Source: Trypethelium eluteriae (lineage: Eukaryota). Taken from it: DNA of 42,399 nt. Each line of letters starts with the position of its first letter. Positions within the stretch are counted from its first letter, which is position 1. The notes under the pieces were generated by a model. It did no database searches. It was not told the origin of the DNA and saw nothing but the letters and a program-made list of their open reading frames with translations. Position numbers and translations under genes: made by a program. Positions 11,016 through 24,313 of this stretch are shown piece after piece. The stretch is taken from the NCBI GenBank assembly GCA_051942245.1, contig JAVECL010000017.1, positions 62,001 through 104,399 on the forward strand, read 5' to 3'.

Positions 11016-12239
11016 ATGGCTGCTTTTCTGGCGAGGCACCCCCCAGTTCCGCTGTGCGAGTTTTTTTGTCAACCGCGTGGCAGGCTACAGGGACTTGGTC
11101 ATCAACTGGCACCATGGATTCGTATCGATTATGGATGGAACGAAAGTGAGCTTCAGTATCCGAGACCTAGGTCGGGTCCATTCAAGTACATACGATCATC
11201 GGAGGATAAAGGTTTTCTCGAAGTCGACAACATCAAACGATACAGCAGTGATTGCCTATTGTTCATGCTCACTAAGAAAGGCAAACCTAGAGTCCATCGG
11301 CCACCACCGCACAAAGACGAGACAGGCAGGTTCTACAGCGCACAGTGTGTGCATTACGGGATCAAGTCAAGATCTAGCAAGGAACTTGCAAAGAAAGCGT
11401 TATCTGCGTATGCGAAAGCCAACGATGGCAAATTCGTAGTGCCACCCGAAGTTGCAAAGGTCACTGCGGAGCTTGAGAGCGAATATAAGAGCAAGAAAGC
11501 CGAATACGATGCGAAGATGCACGCTATTAAGACTCGAAAGAAGTCAGCGGAGGAAGTGTCACGAAAGAAACGGAAAAGAGAAGAAGGTCGGCTTCTAAAT
11601 ACTATAGCCAAGAGATCAAAGAAAGATACAGCGACGGTATGTACTTATCATTGAAACTTGCCCGCTATATTTCGACATATCTGACTCTTGGCAGGTGATC
11701 CCAAAAAACCTTAGAGGCGGTGGAGCGTATACCGTTGCTGCTCTAGCAATCAGTGGAGGCTGGGACATTTCCCAGTCCCTAAGACTTCGCCTCTATCAAT
11801 CCCAGAGCAGCTACCATGTGTGGGGTGATCTCGACTTTGGTGTCTTTAGAGGTACACCTTTCGTTCTGAGCGACTCCCGCAAAGCCAAAATGGCACAATC
11901 AAGTGCCATTTGAGAGGACGCGACACAGGCACAGGGGAGTCGAGCTTTGGACTAGATAATGTGATAGAATTCCAGTTCCTTGACGAGAAGACTTTTCGAG
12001 GCTCCATGCATTGGGATACTGTTGGACGATTCGACATCGCTGGCGAACTCGACTGGGAGCGCACGCGTAATCGGGTCTTCTCGATGAACATTCGCAGATG
12101 AAAGGATGACTATCGTCAACTCGGCGAAGCCAACTACGACGCTGAGGCGAGACGCAGCTGGGGAGTTCCTTACATTTCGCTTGATCTTGGATCGCCAGCG
12201 GTCAACTTTGCTCGGCTATCTAGATGTATGAGGCTGTAG
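11016..12239 (+). pseudogene. Conserved-looking fungal hypothetical protein, disrupted
   Basis: Exon 1 has FYSAQCVHYG...AKKAL...VPPEV and a K/R-rich coil. Intron 11637-11694 (gtatgt...ctgac...gcag). Exon 2 has HVWGDLDFG, then needs a frameshift near 11855-11862 to reach LRGRDTGTGE. In-frame TGA at 12099-12101 (probably TGG) precedes KDDYRQL...RRSWG. Start codon uncertain. Confidence 0.65.
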
Positions 12240-12480
12240 CGTAATAAGGCCTACGTCGCTTGTCCATGGCGTATAGATTGGCCCTTGCTTCGATAGGAAG
12301 TCCGTAGGGGTAGTTTTGAGTCTACCCAAAACCAGTCCGATCCACTTGTGACAGTTAGACATGAATATACATTGATACGCCGATATTAAGCGCTACTGGA
12401 GTACCCTCACGCAAGCACGCCATGCGGTCCGGGGCAAGGTATGTAAATTTTGTTAAATCGGGAGCGAAAATGGTTAGCAG

Positions 12481-14635
12481 TCATCCAACTTCTCTGAGCA
12501 ACATCGTCGCGCCCTCCATTGCTCTCTTCAGCTCGTCTTGTCCGTCGATTTCGTAAACCATGCCTTGCTTCTGAGGAACGACCTCTGTGTACAGCAGTTC
12601 CTTCCGATCCAGTCGAACCTGTTCTACCAGCAACTCATGCGCAAGATCAAAATGGTCATCATCCCCAAGAATTAAGAAGCCATGACAATTTTCCAGAATA
12701 TCTTCAGCTGACAACCCGTCACGAATAGGCCACACAAGACCAATTTGTTCAATCAATGCCTTGCGCGGGACTGGCGACTTAGCGGAATAAGCTCCAATCA
12801 AGGCAGCCGTGCCGATCTCGCGGGCATGAAAATTAAACGCATCAGGCGCGATCCTTCCAAGGACCCTCCGAAATATGCATCCTAGTGGATCTTGCAGCTC
12901 GTCCTTTATGCTTTTTTGGCTATGATAAGTACTTATCAGAACTTCCAACTGTAAGAGATGGCACCAAAAAGCTTCATCAGGAACAGGCATCAGCCTCTTT
13001 ACTCTTTCTCCATAAAGCTCCATTTCTTGAATGAGTTGATCGTCAACGATCTGAAATGCTAATTCGTGTAGCGAAGGATCTATGAAGGGCGATTTGATTG
13101 CTGCGAGCTCCAGGCCGTGCCGAAGATTTATCGTAGACACATCCTCGAAATCAAGGGCATTGCCCGCAGGATCGCTGCTCGATATGAGGACCTTCACTGG
13201 AAAGTATGACTTACTTATAATTATACGAAGGGCACCCAAGAGCTCGTCTCGACAAACAGGTCCACAATCGTCCACTTTGTCAATGATGATTTTAACTGGT
13301 CTCCTTTCGGTTAAATTTAAAACGAGCCCAATGCACTTTTTGAGATCCAAATGCGGTGTCGCCTTCGTTTCACACATGCGGAGAATTTCAGATGGATCCC
13401 GTCTCTCTGAATCAAGGAAACAGAGCTGCTCGATGAGTGCTTGCGCTATCATGTCTGATCTTATCCTTTCAGGCTGGCAATAGAAGAAGGCTACTGAAGC
13501 AGCTTCGGGTGATTTCTGTGCTTTCTGTATCAAAGCTTCCGCCACTAGTGCCATTGCTTTAGATGTGTTGGATCCATGATTGCTCTGTAGCCAAATGATT
13601 GAAGAGGCGGAGCGGGTCCCGTCTTGCTTGTGTGTCAGCCAATTTGCAGGGATTGACGGTACGTCCTCCAGCAGTTTTGCGTGATGCTGACGATACTGGC
13701 TTGTAGGGAGCCGTGGAATGGAGCACAAAGGCTCATGCTCTGTCTTTTGCTCACGAAGCTCTTCGACTCGCGTGGTGATACCAGCCATAAGTCTTTCGAG
13801 AGAATCGCACGTTGACTGGAGACGAATCCGTTCCTTAGCATGATAGGCCTCCAGCTGTATTTGACGTACACGGATTTCTCTCAACTGTTCTTGTGTTTGT
13901 GAGACAATTTCCGCATCTGCCAGCTTGGCAAGCTGCATAACAGATGACTCCTCAACTTTGACCTTCTTGAGCAGTTCTCCAACAGCCCACTGCGGGGAGG
14001 TTACTGCGCTTTTTGCAATCCTTCTGACTGCACTTTTCTCGTAAAATCGGCCCGCGTTGGAGAGATACACGAGAATGGCTGCATATAAGCGAACAAGGGC
14101 GCGTAGGAGTAGCTCTTTGACTTTGACAGGCTGCTTGCAATACATAGCCTCGAGCATAGCATAATGTGCTATCAGACGAGATACTTGCTCGAGTCCTTCG
14201 GTCATAGCCCCAAAAATCTCTGCTTCATTGACCGTGACCTATCAAGGTTTAGCGCAAGGAATGCGTGATGTTCGCATGGGTGCATAGTCACACCTGAAGT
14301 ATAAATCGTATTATACCCCAAGGCAGCGAGGCATGAACTGGATCGTAATTGGCAACTACATCGCCAATCTCTTTGAATCTGTGAATCCATTTGGCAATCT
14401 TGTCCACGACATCCCTGATGAGGATCTGCTCGCCGCCACTCTTCCGGTACTTCCAACCTTGCCTCTGGCACAGGTCTCTCTTCTGCTCTACAACTAATAG
14501 TAGATCCTGAAGGATGGCATTTTCAGTTGAGAGAGACGATCTGATGTGTGTTTGATCCCGCTCGGGAAGCGTGTGGAGTGCCTGTTCCCACAGGGAAGCT
14601 GATGCGCTCGGCGAAGTGATGAGTAAGGACGACAT
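12481..14635 (-). CDS. Fungal NLR-like protein: N-terminal helical domain plus degenerate NACHT-type STAND domain, about 700 aa
   Basis: Exon 1: SLWEQAL...FKEIGDVVANYDPVHASLPWGIIRFILQ (typical NACHT N-terminal region). Intron 14239-14293 joins in frame to VTVNEAEIFGAMTEGLE. NACHT landmarks: IIWL, VAFFYC, KIIIDKVDDC, VKVLISS, LAHELLVE. Confidence 0.8.
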
Positions 14636-15982
14636 ACATCCGACAATACGCGCAAGGCTCTGAGCCGAAATGACTGAAACCAGAAAGTGAGACGAGATTA
14701 TTGGAGGGGCAGACGCCTAGTCTGAAATACGAATCCCATCGTCACGATGAAGCGGGGCGCAGCAAGGCTGAGACTTTGTTTTTCTAAACGAAGTTGGTAT
14801 GCAACATCTTCGCGATCTGTGACCAATGACGCCGGGGACACGCAGAGCAGATATTCGCGCTATGTTATGCGTTGGCCGTGCACTGATGATAGATTAATTA
14901 TGCATGCATAAGGGTAAAAATCGAGAGGTACGGTACAGCAGGCGCATCACGCCAAAGCACTTTGTTCGGGAAATCTAGCCTATCTTCAGAGTGTCGTTAA
15001 GCCAAAGAGGGCAATAAGCCCAGGATTATCTCTCTGATAGGACAAAATTAGGTACTGCCCATGAAACCAAAAGAGGGTGGTAAGAATATTCGCTGTTACG
15101 CCCGTGTGGTTGCTGGAGCAGCAGCCACCACCCCGCCCGCATGCATAACAGTCTGCTGCCTTTGTCCGCACGGCGCAGATATCTTTCTGACCTCCATTCA
15201 ATCACCATCCAAGCTTCGTTTAGATTGATGCATTTGTTTGGCAGTGATATAAGAGCTGCCCCTCTAAGATTTCACAGGGTCCTTCACTATAGGGTAAACT
15301 GATACGACTAGGCTCTACCCAAGCGTATAGTCATTCTTTTCCTACTCTTTACCCACTTTCGACTCTAATGCCTACCTTAATAAACCGATCGAACTCCAAT
15401 GTCTATGACAGTAAAGATCCCAAGAAAATCAGTGTTTACCTCCTAATCCCCGGCGAAAAGTTGTTACGGAGAGGTCGTGGGTGTTGATATCTACAAACTC
15501 ATCGATGACAAGAAGCCCAATGGCATCCCAACCCAAAAAGGAGACAAAGCTTACGGAGCACATATCGCAGTGTCAAGGACTCACTCTCGGGGACTTGAAG
15601 CTTACCATAATCTACTGCCATTAAGGGAATTCCAGTGCTACAACTACGCTGCACGGCGGCGTGTGTTGGTCAGAAGAGCGAGGGAGCGAGCGACAACGCA
15701 GCATGGCCACCGACTTGATTATCTATCTCGATGTGATGATTTCAAACTCTCGGTCAGATAAGAAACTGGTTACCTAAATCAATACATGATTTTCCTTCAG
15801 ACATTTGTTTACTCAAAATCTCGAATCTGGAATGTTCCATGGGAACTCGAAGGTACTCCGCAAGAGCACAGATCAAGCAAAATAAGTCGGATGCAACGCC
15901 TTCCGGAAACGCCGTTGATGATCCAAAGAACAATCTGGTCGGTACCGAGCATATCTACCCAAGCATGGTGCTCCGTGCCGGC

Positions 15983-17420
15983 TCAAGGCCGCGTCTGAAT
16001 CCGAGCATAAAACCCCGTCTCGAAAAGGCACCACCAATTCTCAACCGCAAACCTCTCACGGTCGGCAATCTGTATCTAAAGGGACTTTCGCCATCCTAAA
16101 GATCTCGAGACAGTCTATCGGAGTATACTCATGTGGTAATCTAGCACAAGAAATGGGACGAGTTTCTTGATCACTAAAATCCCTACATGTTTGCCTAAGG
16201 AAACCCGTCTACCAGCACCAAACTCGATTAATCAGATCGGTTAGCAAGACCAAGGCCAGAGTAAATGGGGACAAAGCTACGGTCAGCACTTCTTAATCTA
16301 TCTTCCTTCGACGCGCTTCCTCACCTTCGATCCATCTTTCGGGCCTCCATGACTCCGCATCCTGGCCGAACGTTGCCTTTTGCCTGTTTGCCACATATTG
16401 ACTCCCTTCCACTATAGCACCTTGGGGAGATCATGTTCGAGAAATGTGACGCCGCCATCTGATATATCGTGCTCGAATGACAGTGCATCTGGCGGATGCA
16501 TCCGTGTACCCCCTGGATGCATGCATCTAGGTATGCGATCTCGCATTTCGCTGTACCATGGGTATGAGCGTGAAAGGTCCTCAAATTGAAGCTCCTCATG
16601 AAGTCTCTTTATGGTGTGAGAATACGCAAGAAGATCCAACATAATGGTGCGCATGTCTCTACCCACAGAGTCCGATCCTACAAGCACACTTGAGAAACTC
16701 CACCTTATCGGAGCCCTGGGATAATATGAATGAGAGTCTGTACTCAGAAGTTTCTGTCGTCGGTGTTGACGTGGACTGATCAGTGAGATATTTCAGAGTT
16801 GTTGTCCCGAAACTCTATACATCGAGTTCAGACATCTTTCCTTCCGCTCTCGTCTGATACCTTTCTTTTTTCAACCTCGCCATTTGCCATCTTCTCTCTC
16901 TTCTCGTTGACGGCTTTGGCGACACAGCTAAGTGTTGAAAGGGATGCCTTTTGATGGGTATATTGCCGGAGACCATCAGCGATCCGGTTCTTCGATATGA
17001 TCATGTCGAGTAAAGGAAATCGGGTCATCTTGAAGATACAGTCATGCGAAAAAAGTGTCCGTTCGCTGAAGCGAGAAAATTGCTGGGGGTTGCCTGGACA
17101 TTTTTATCCTAGTACTGTACATTAGTCACTTCCGATACGCTCTTTGAGGATATACGTGGCTCAGGAATTGTCTAAACGGTGCGACACCACCCGTACAGTC
17201 GACAATGGTGCTTAGCATTCCTTCGACGTCCCTTTCTTCATCCAGAGATCTATAGCATATGGAGAAAGTCAGGATACCCATTACATCAAACGCGAAAAAA
17301 ACTGCAACCACTGGCCCAGATCAAAGATCTCCCCAGTCGAAGCAAAGCGTTGGTCAAATCTCTTGGACAGACACTCCAGAACATCATCGACAAGACCCTC
17401 AACTGTTGTCATTCTTGACA
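15983..17420 (-). pseudogene. Cytochrome P450 pseudogene (pisatin-demethylase-like group), N-terminus not found
   Basis: Ordered fragments: FDLGQWLQFF/AFDVMGILTFS, LLDMIISKN, I-helix LVGSDSVG, YLDACI, RMHPP...GGVTF, heme motif [12 protein letters not shown] with Cys replaced by Ser (codon TCC at 16199-16201), last exon VENWW...RIQTRP* ending at 15983. Multiple frameshifts. Confidence 0.9.
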
Positions 17421-18395
17421 GGGGAAAGATCCTAGAAGCTGTTAGTGACCATTACACGCATGCATGTGTGACTGGATCAGAGGTAGGCAAACCTGTTTTG
17501 CTGTCGATCCGCAGAAATTGACGTCTGGACCTGGCACTTGGCTCCAACAACTGGAGCACTGGTCGAAGCTCCTCAAAGCCGACCGTCCGCACCGCCTGAC
17601 TCCAGTTTGTGCCATGTTTCCGGAAAGTTTCAAGCAATTATTCGTCCTCCTCCCCAGTCCACGAGCCTTTCGCTATGCCATGCGCAAGAGCTTTCCACCA
17701 TCTTCTCCGGCAATCTCCATAGGATCGGCCAGGTACACTCTTCACCAGTTCTCGCCAGAGAAGTGGACGAACTTGCGTCAATGCTACAAGCAGTCAGCAT
17801 GACTTGTTATGGTCCGGTTTGTTTTAGAGCTGAGCCTGCTCGCACCATTTCTAACCATACGCCGGTGGCGGGCATCTTCCTCTCGTGTCCACTTCCGTCC
17901 GGCGCGACCCGTAGTCTTCAACTCGCGATTCTCAGCCACCAGGACTTGTTGGCAAGGGAGCTATACATTGTCAACCACCCTCTGACGGCTGCTTAGCGCG
18001 GGCACGGCTCAAAGCTCGAGAAATTCACGTTATCATTGCTGTAGAGGAGAATTCAGGAAGAGCTTAGCCCGCATTAAATTGTAGCTGTTGCGAGTAATCT
18101 TAGGATCACGTGATACATACGTCAACCTTCTACCTTAGTAGCTGTGCACAGCAGCCGATTAGAGTAAGACCAGGACCGGGAATACAAAGCCGCACGGCGC
18201 GTCCTCAATGAAACGACGTTACTTGGACTCGCCTCTGTTGACATTTGGATTGTCTTCGCATATTTGTTCGTTTTCAAACAACGAATTTTTAGGATCTAAG
18301 AATCCACGCCGAAGCATAACGCACCAAGTCCATGACGGCTAGCCGGTTAACCTCACTTATACGATAATTTACTCTGCAACTTGGCCGTTCAACGA

Positions 18396-19432
18396 CTAAC
18401 TTCCGTTAGTACCATTTCCAACCTGGACGAAGACAACTTGCACAGCGGAGAATGCTGCCGTGAGAGCAAAAATCTCAGTCCGTTTAGCGGAAGTGAAAAA
18501 TGCCAAAGAGAAGGACAATATCACGGTAAAGATTGCGATGATTGCCAGTCTCATCTTCATTGAGCTGACAAAGTGGAGCACGACAATAGAAGCGATGGGT
18601 AGGAGCGACGCCAGCGCCGTTGTCATCAAATACGTCAGGCGGAAAAGGGTGCTTTCCTCATAGCCTGCCAGCCCGTGAACCGGCGATGGCTTCAAGAAAC
18701 GGCCTAGGCCACAGTCGAAGAACCTCTGTGTGCCCTCTTCCATGAGTATCTTTGTGAACATGTCTGCCTTTTTGCGAGGCAATAAGGTCACAATATCTGC
18801 CTCATGACCTTTCGGACTGTGAACAGATCCCCAGATTTCTGAATCGATACCTGCAAGAGCGAAGGGGCCCATCTCTGGAGATGCGATGTACTTCTGGATA
18901 TAGTCAAGATCGTAGCTGCCTGGAGAACTCATTCGGAGGATTTGTGTTTGCTGAATTAATGCTGTATCTGCTCCGAGTTACATTCGATTGGTTCAAGAAA
19001 TGGAAAGATAAAGGGCTGTAGCCTACTATATTTCTCTAGTTTCTTGCGGATATCCATCATCAAGTCTAGTTGCTCATTGTCACCCTCCCCCGTGTCACTC
19101 AGAAAAAAGAAGTCTTTTGCATAAAGCCGTTCATCTCCGTGGCTCTGACCATCTCTTCGTTGTACCTTAATCAGCTTCTCCTCCAGATCCTTCAATTCGG
19201 CCTGCATATATAGGAGATCCAACTTATTCAAGAATCCAAATCTCCGGAATATCGCTGTCTCTGGTATGAGACTCATCAATCTCCCCAGTTTAGGATAACC
19301 CGCAGGAACATTCTGTGACTCTGCTAGCTGGGCGCTTGCAAGTTCAGTATCATCCAATCCAGGTGATGCACTTTGCGTTGCTGCGTGAGAGCTTGTGACA
19401 TCTTCCAGGGGTATGACCGTAGACTGGCTCAT
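18396..19432 (-). CDS. DUF6594-like protein with C-terminal transmembrane helices
   Basis: GYPKLGRLM...AIFRRFGFLNKLDLLYMQAELKDLEEKL. Intron 18968-19026 gives KY|NTALIQQ in frame. C-terminus ASLLPIASIVVL...RLAIIAIFTVILSFSL...RTEIFALTAAFSAVQVVFV. Confidence 0.85.
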
Positions 19433-22014
19433 AACGAGTCCAGTGTCAGAGCAAGGCTGAACGAGCTCACGTAGGAAAGAAAAAATTTCTTAGCGAGAAA
19501 AGCCGGGCAAAATAGCGAGAAATATAACAATACGCCCCATAGCCTTGCAAGCGGCTCATTCCACCGGAAACGTCCTAGTAAGCTTGTCACAAGAAGAGGT
19601 TCTGAGGGATATTCGAGCAAGCCTTGCAGGTGCGGAACCTCATGTCTGTTTCCGACAGGTCTGTATCTTTACCACTTGACGTGCACAACATGCGGTCTCG
19701 CGCAGCTAGAGGAGACATCTCAAGTGCGTTACTTCGACGTCCACACATCCCCGTAAGGATAATCAGTATGTAGTCAAGACGATGAGCAAAGGATACTTAT
19801 ACAAGCCAAATCTTATCGAGTTACCATACACAACATCGATTGTTGAGGATTGGCAAGGCGATGTGATACTTGACAGACTGCGTAATGAATGCGACATTAT
19901 GTCAGTAGACTCGAGCTTGCCCACTATAAGAGTCGGCTCGGATTGGCCATACAAATAGCAGTCCTTTGGTTGGTACCGTGGTATGCTAAGAGCTTTGGGA
20001 GTCCTCCAAAGTGGTTCCCGCTAATTGGTCAATGCTGGGATGCTGGGCTCCGTCTAGATTTTGCTTTCCGCCCGAGGCGTTTTGTCGGGATCTGTACCCT
20101 GCGATGTGCGCTCATGGCCTCCCAAGTGGGTTAATGACACTACATGATGCGCTATGCAATTAGGTCGACGCCGGTAATCTCTAAGCCTGTCCAAGCAATC
20201 TGCACAAGGACCTTAACGGGTTGATGACATTATTATCTCACTTTCTCTCGTCAAGTAGCGATTACACATTGCGTGATGTATGAAAGCGCGCCAATGGACT
20301 TCACATAGTAGCGGGACGCAATAAGATGGTACAAGACCTTCTGCACGTGTCGCCTTCCGTATGAGAAGTTTGGCGGCTTGGCCGGCCGGACACCTGCACC
20401 TTGAAGCAACTCATACTGACTGGATCCGGTAAACCCTTGGCAGCAACGGGGTGTACAGAAATAAGATCTAATCGTGATCTTTGTACGTGATAGGGGAGAC
20501 ATCATTACGTTCGGAACAGTTCACTGGGGAAATCGAACCTAATAAGTGTTTCCATACATACTGTATCAGGTAAAATCTAGCCACGCTAGCAGATCCCTGC
20601 ATAAAACTTCGTCTTGTGTCCGCTTGCGTCCGATAGTATCATGCAGTTGGTGTCTGAGGCTTCATGAATTGGGGATGTGTCAGCCTAATTTGGTGGACCA
20701 GGCCAAGAAAAATTTAGTAAAAACAACGCTTCCTTAAGCCTTGATAACCTATTTCTTAATATTACGCGAAATGTACGTCCTAGGCTCTGGATGTGATGCT
20801 TCGCCAGGTTGCAGGGATGCTACGTCTGCGTACCGAAGGTATCCATACGATACCTTCTATAGGTGTAGGTACATGTGGTCGCACTAGCAGCATCCTCCCG
20901 GCGCCCCGGGTTCAAGGTCTGGGTGGTCTGACTACGTACGGCAACGGAGCCAACATCAACCAGCGGAAGCCCGATCGAACCAGCTACATAAGTATGTATG
21001 GCCTGATGTCCTAGTAATCCGACCTTTGCATCTTACCTCTGATCCTTCTAACTTCTGATCGCAGACATTACAAACCTCTGTCCTCCACTTTTGCAGGTCT
21101 TCGGTTGGAGCTGTCTTGATGCTGTTTTTCCTACAACTGCGGTAAAATATTAAGGGTGGTAAGGCAGAGGCCACCTACGCAAGCGTCACTAAGGCTCGGT
21201 GGCTCCTTACCTACCGCAGTGCGGTGCGGCAGCCAATGGGCTGTAACTCCGGGGCATAGCAAATAACGGTATTCATGTGTACTAAGCTCAAAACGGTATC
21301 AATCCCTGCGAAACTACTGCAGGAGCGTCGATGCCTGTCTCGAACGCAAACGAGATCTCTCGATCGCGAGCCCTCTCTATCTATCGAGCCAATGGTGTGG
21401 CGTCCGTGCTCGGCGACATGTCTCCATGGACACCTATGCTGACCAAAGCTGGCAAGGCTTGTCGTAGTGAAAGAGTGGGTATGAATAGAGTTCCTACATT
21501 CCTACGGAGAAGCTCCTAAAACAGTAATGTCGCCGAGCCATGCGTGTCAACTTAACATTGACGCCAACGAGGCGAACGAATGACGCCGTGCTATTGGACA
21601 CTCGTCCTGCTGTCCACATATGGGGGACCTCTGGCTGACGGAAGAGTCTTTGGCTCGGAAGACCTTTGAGTCCTCCAATGCGAGGGGATGTAATTGAGGC
21701 AGCAATCGAGAGCCGAAACGTTCCCGATCTTGGTCTAATACCGTGGGGGAGCGGTCATTGATTGGATTCCTCCCAACCGGGTAACTCAGAGCTGTGTCCT
21801 TGCCTTGGCGTCAATACGACATAAATTGAACAACCCGGAATCTCCTCCCACACCATCGACCTTTACATACCCAGAGATCAACGATATCACTCTGTTCATG
21901 TCGACTTCACTCATACTGCTCTCCCACTTCGCATTAGTGACCATCATTTTAGTTTTCCTCCAGGGAGAAGCTAGAAAAGAATAGCTCCTCGTCTCGAGAG
22001 ACCGAGATCCGGGC

Positions 22015-22569
22015 ATGCCATGTTGTACGAAGAGCTTGTCGCTCTTTACAAATTCCCTTAAACCATCAACCCGAAAGCATCCCAAGGTTCGTCGTGTTGC
22101 TTCATAGCCCTTTTCTTTCCTTACGCTGTCTCTTCCCTCAAGCAAATCCCATGTTTGCATGCCTCAATTGGACATAGGATAGATATTAACGACGCATGAA
22201 TCGTAGATACCCGACGATGAACCGGCCACATACATTTCTATACACGTTCGGCAGAGGACGGGCAGTAAAATTTCCAGAACAGCGATGCTATGGAGCCCAC
22301 AAGAAAACTGGGACATGAGTTTTGTCGCTTCGCACGTCGTCACGGATGTATTACGTCTTGAAGTACAACCATCAAAAAATTTGCCGAACCCAATACAATT
22401 CGCTGGAAGAATGATGGGGTTTCAGGGATACATCGATTTGGAATGGGAAGTTGAGAGGACGAACCGTATTTACCGCACGCAGTTCCTGGTGGCTACAATA
22501 GAGGATGCTCCGTTTGACGTCGTTCTTGGAAGAAAATTAGCAATCGACTATGGTTTGACCAATCCTTGA
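22015..22569 (+). CDS. Small retropepsin-like (aspartic protease fold) protein lacking the catalytic DTG
   Basis: Exon 22015-22086 (MPCCTKS...HPK), intron 22087-22206 (gttcgt...ttaac...tag), exon 2 in frame: YISIHV...AMLWSP...SFVASHVV...GYIDLEW...QFLV...PFDVVLGR. The FDVVLG motif and spacing fit a retropepsin monomer. Confidence 0.55.
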
Positions 22570-24313
22570 GTGTCTTCCCGATCTTTTCCTTGCACCGGTA
22601 TCTGCATTGGAACTATGGCATGACGGCTGTTGAGCTCAGGTTGGGGAAATCGCGAGTAGAGGAGTTAGTCGGCCCTGCGCGTATCCTGAAGTTCAAGGCA
22701 GCCTTCGTGGGGTATGTACAGGACAGAGTTGACGGAACTCGCCGCGTTTGCATCGTCTACATCGGTGACGTCATCAGCAAGCACATGTTCTTGTACTGCT
22801 GTAAGTGAAGGACTCAAAGCGACAACCGCACGCCAACCCCCGACTCCAGTACAATACCGGCTGGGCATTACACAGGCAGAATGCCGTCACGAATTGTTAG
22901 TGCGTGTGCTTGGTTTCCATCTCCAACCCTGAGCGGGTTCATTCGCATGGCACTTGGTACCAATCAGGTCTCTCATGTAATTTGTGCAATTGGGTATGTT
23001 CTAGCGTTGCACAACGTGCTCGGTCCCAAAAATGTACTCTGTCATTTGTATGCGGAGGAAAGGGTGTCACCATAGTCTTCCACGTGAGCACCAGCATTTC
23101 ATATGTTGGCCAAATCCGACGCCTGTAGTGGTCATCAACCTGCGTAACGTACCCCTGTGAACAGTGCATCATTTCAGTCGACTATAGTATACTTAAGTTA
23201 TTACGCAAGGAAATATAGATGGATATATAGAGTCATCACGTGCTGTTGCTTTAGCATTGGAGCGATTCAGACGACGACATCAGCACTGATGGGTTTCTTG
23301 GTGTAGCATGGATTAGAAAGCATTCGGGAGCTTATCGACATGCTGACCGCTATAGATACGTGATGTTACAATCTAATGTTCTCTTAGAGCTGAAAGGTGG
23401 AATGTTCAAAGCGAGCCGTACCATATCATGACAGGCGGCTCTCACACCAGTTCCGTTCCAGTGTTGCCAGTAAGCGCCTGCCCGTTTAATATCACTTTCG
23501 GGTTGGCCGAGAGCAGAGCTCAAGGGCCGGAGTCGAAGCCTTGAAAGTCAGAAAAGGAATGCGGACAGTAACAGAGCCAGGTGGTATGATATGTTTGAAA
23601 AGCTCCGCAGTTGAGGACATGGCTAGCAAGACGGCAGGTAGGTAATTAATGCTAGCAAGCCTGCACCGATTTCCAAACATGCTGACACGGATCAGGCAAG
23701 ATTGTGAACAAGATGCAACTAGAAAAAGCAAATCAATCAGCTGAAAGCAAGAGAAAGAGAAAGGGCTATGCAAATAACCGCAAAACTCTAAAAGCGCTAT
23801 CTCGGTCCGACTCTAGTAGCACATCTTGCAGTCCCTCGTCTCTCAAGAACATCACAAATCCTTCAACGTAATCCCTTTAACGCAATCCGGGGCCTCCTTG
23901 GCTCCCCTCCGCTCTATGCAAATATGCGCAGTGTCTCTGCTTACTCACGCAAAAACGCACCATAGCTTGTTGTTCTTGGTCTGTCGATGCAAATCATGAA
24001 TCCTGGGTCACGTAATCCGTAGCGACGAGCCTGCTGTGGCAAGCTCATAGGTATGAAGTGAGGGTCACCATGAAGATGACAGCCCCTCCGGAGACAGTCC
24101 CAAGACACCGTCAAGAGACTGAGTCGATATTTTTTGGTTGATGCACCCAAGATAGAGCAGCTCTGCTGGGCATGGTAAGCTACTTGATGCGAAGCTCACC
24201 AAAGTCTCAGCTCGCCTTCGCATCCGAGCTAGTCAGCCGTAACGTATTGGTGTAGTATCTATACGTTGTGAGACCACCGAGCGCCGACAGCCTCGTGTCT
24301 TCCTCTCCTGTGC

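Noticed and set aside
10651..11439. 262-aa ORF overlapping the 11016 gene
   Set aside because: Alternative frame with a non-ATG start and no motifs; the 11016 frame carries the recognisable family features.
15368..15998. Short plus-strand ORFs that look like a fragmented gene
   Set aside because: No recognisable motif or consistent splice model, so it cannot be supported.
20521..20545. GGTTCGATT B-box-like sequence on the minus strand
   Set aside because: No T-stem pairing and no other tRNA arms nearby.
22566..23172. Cluster of short overlapping ORFs on both strands
   Set aside because: No family motif or coherent exon structure recognised.
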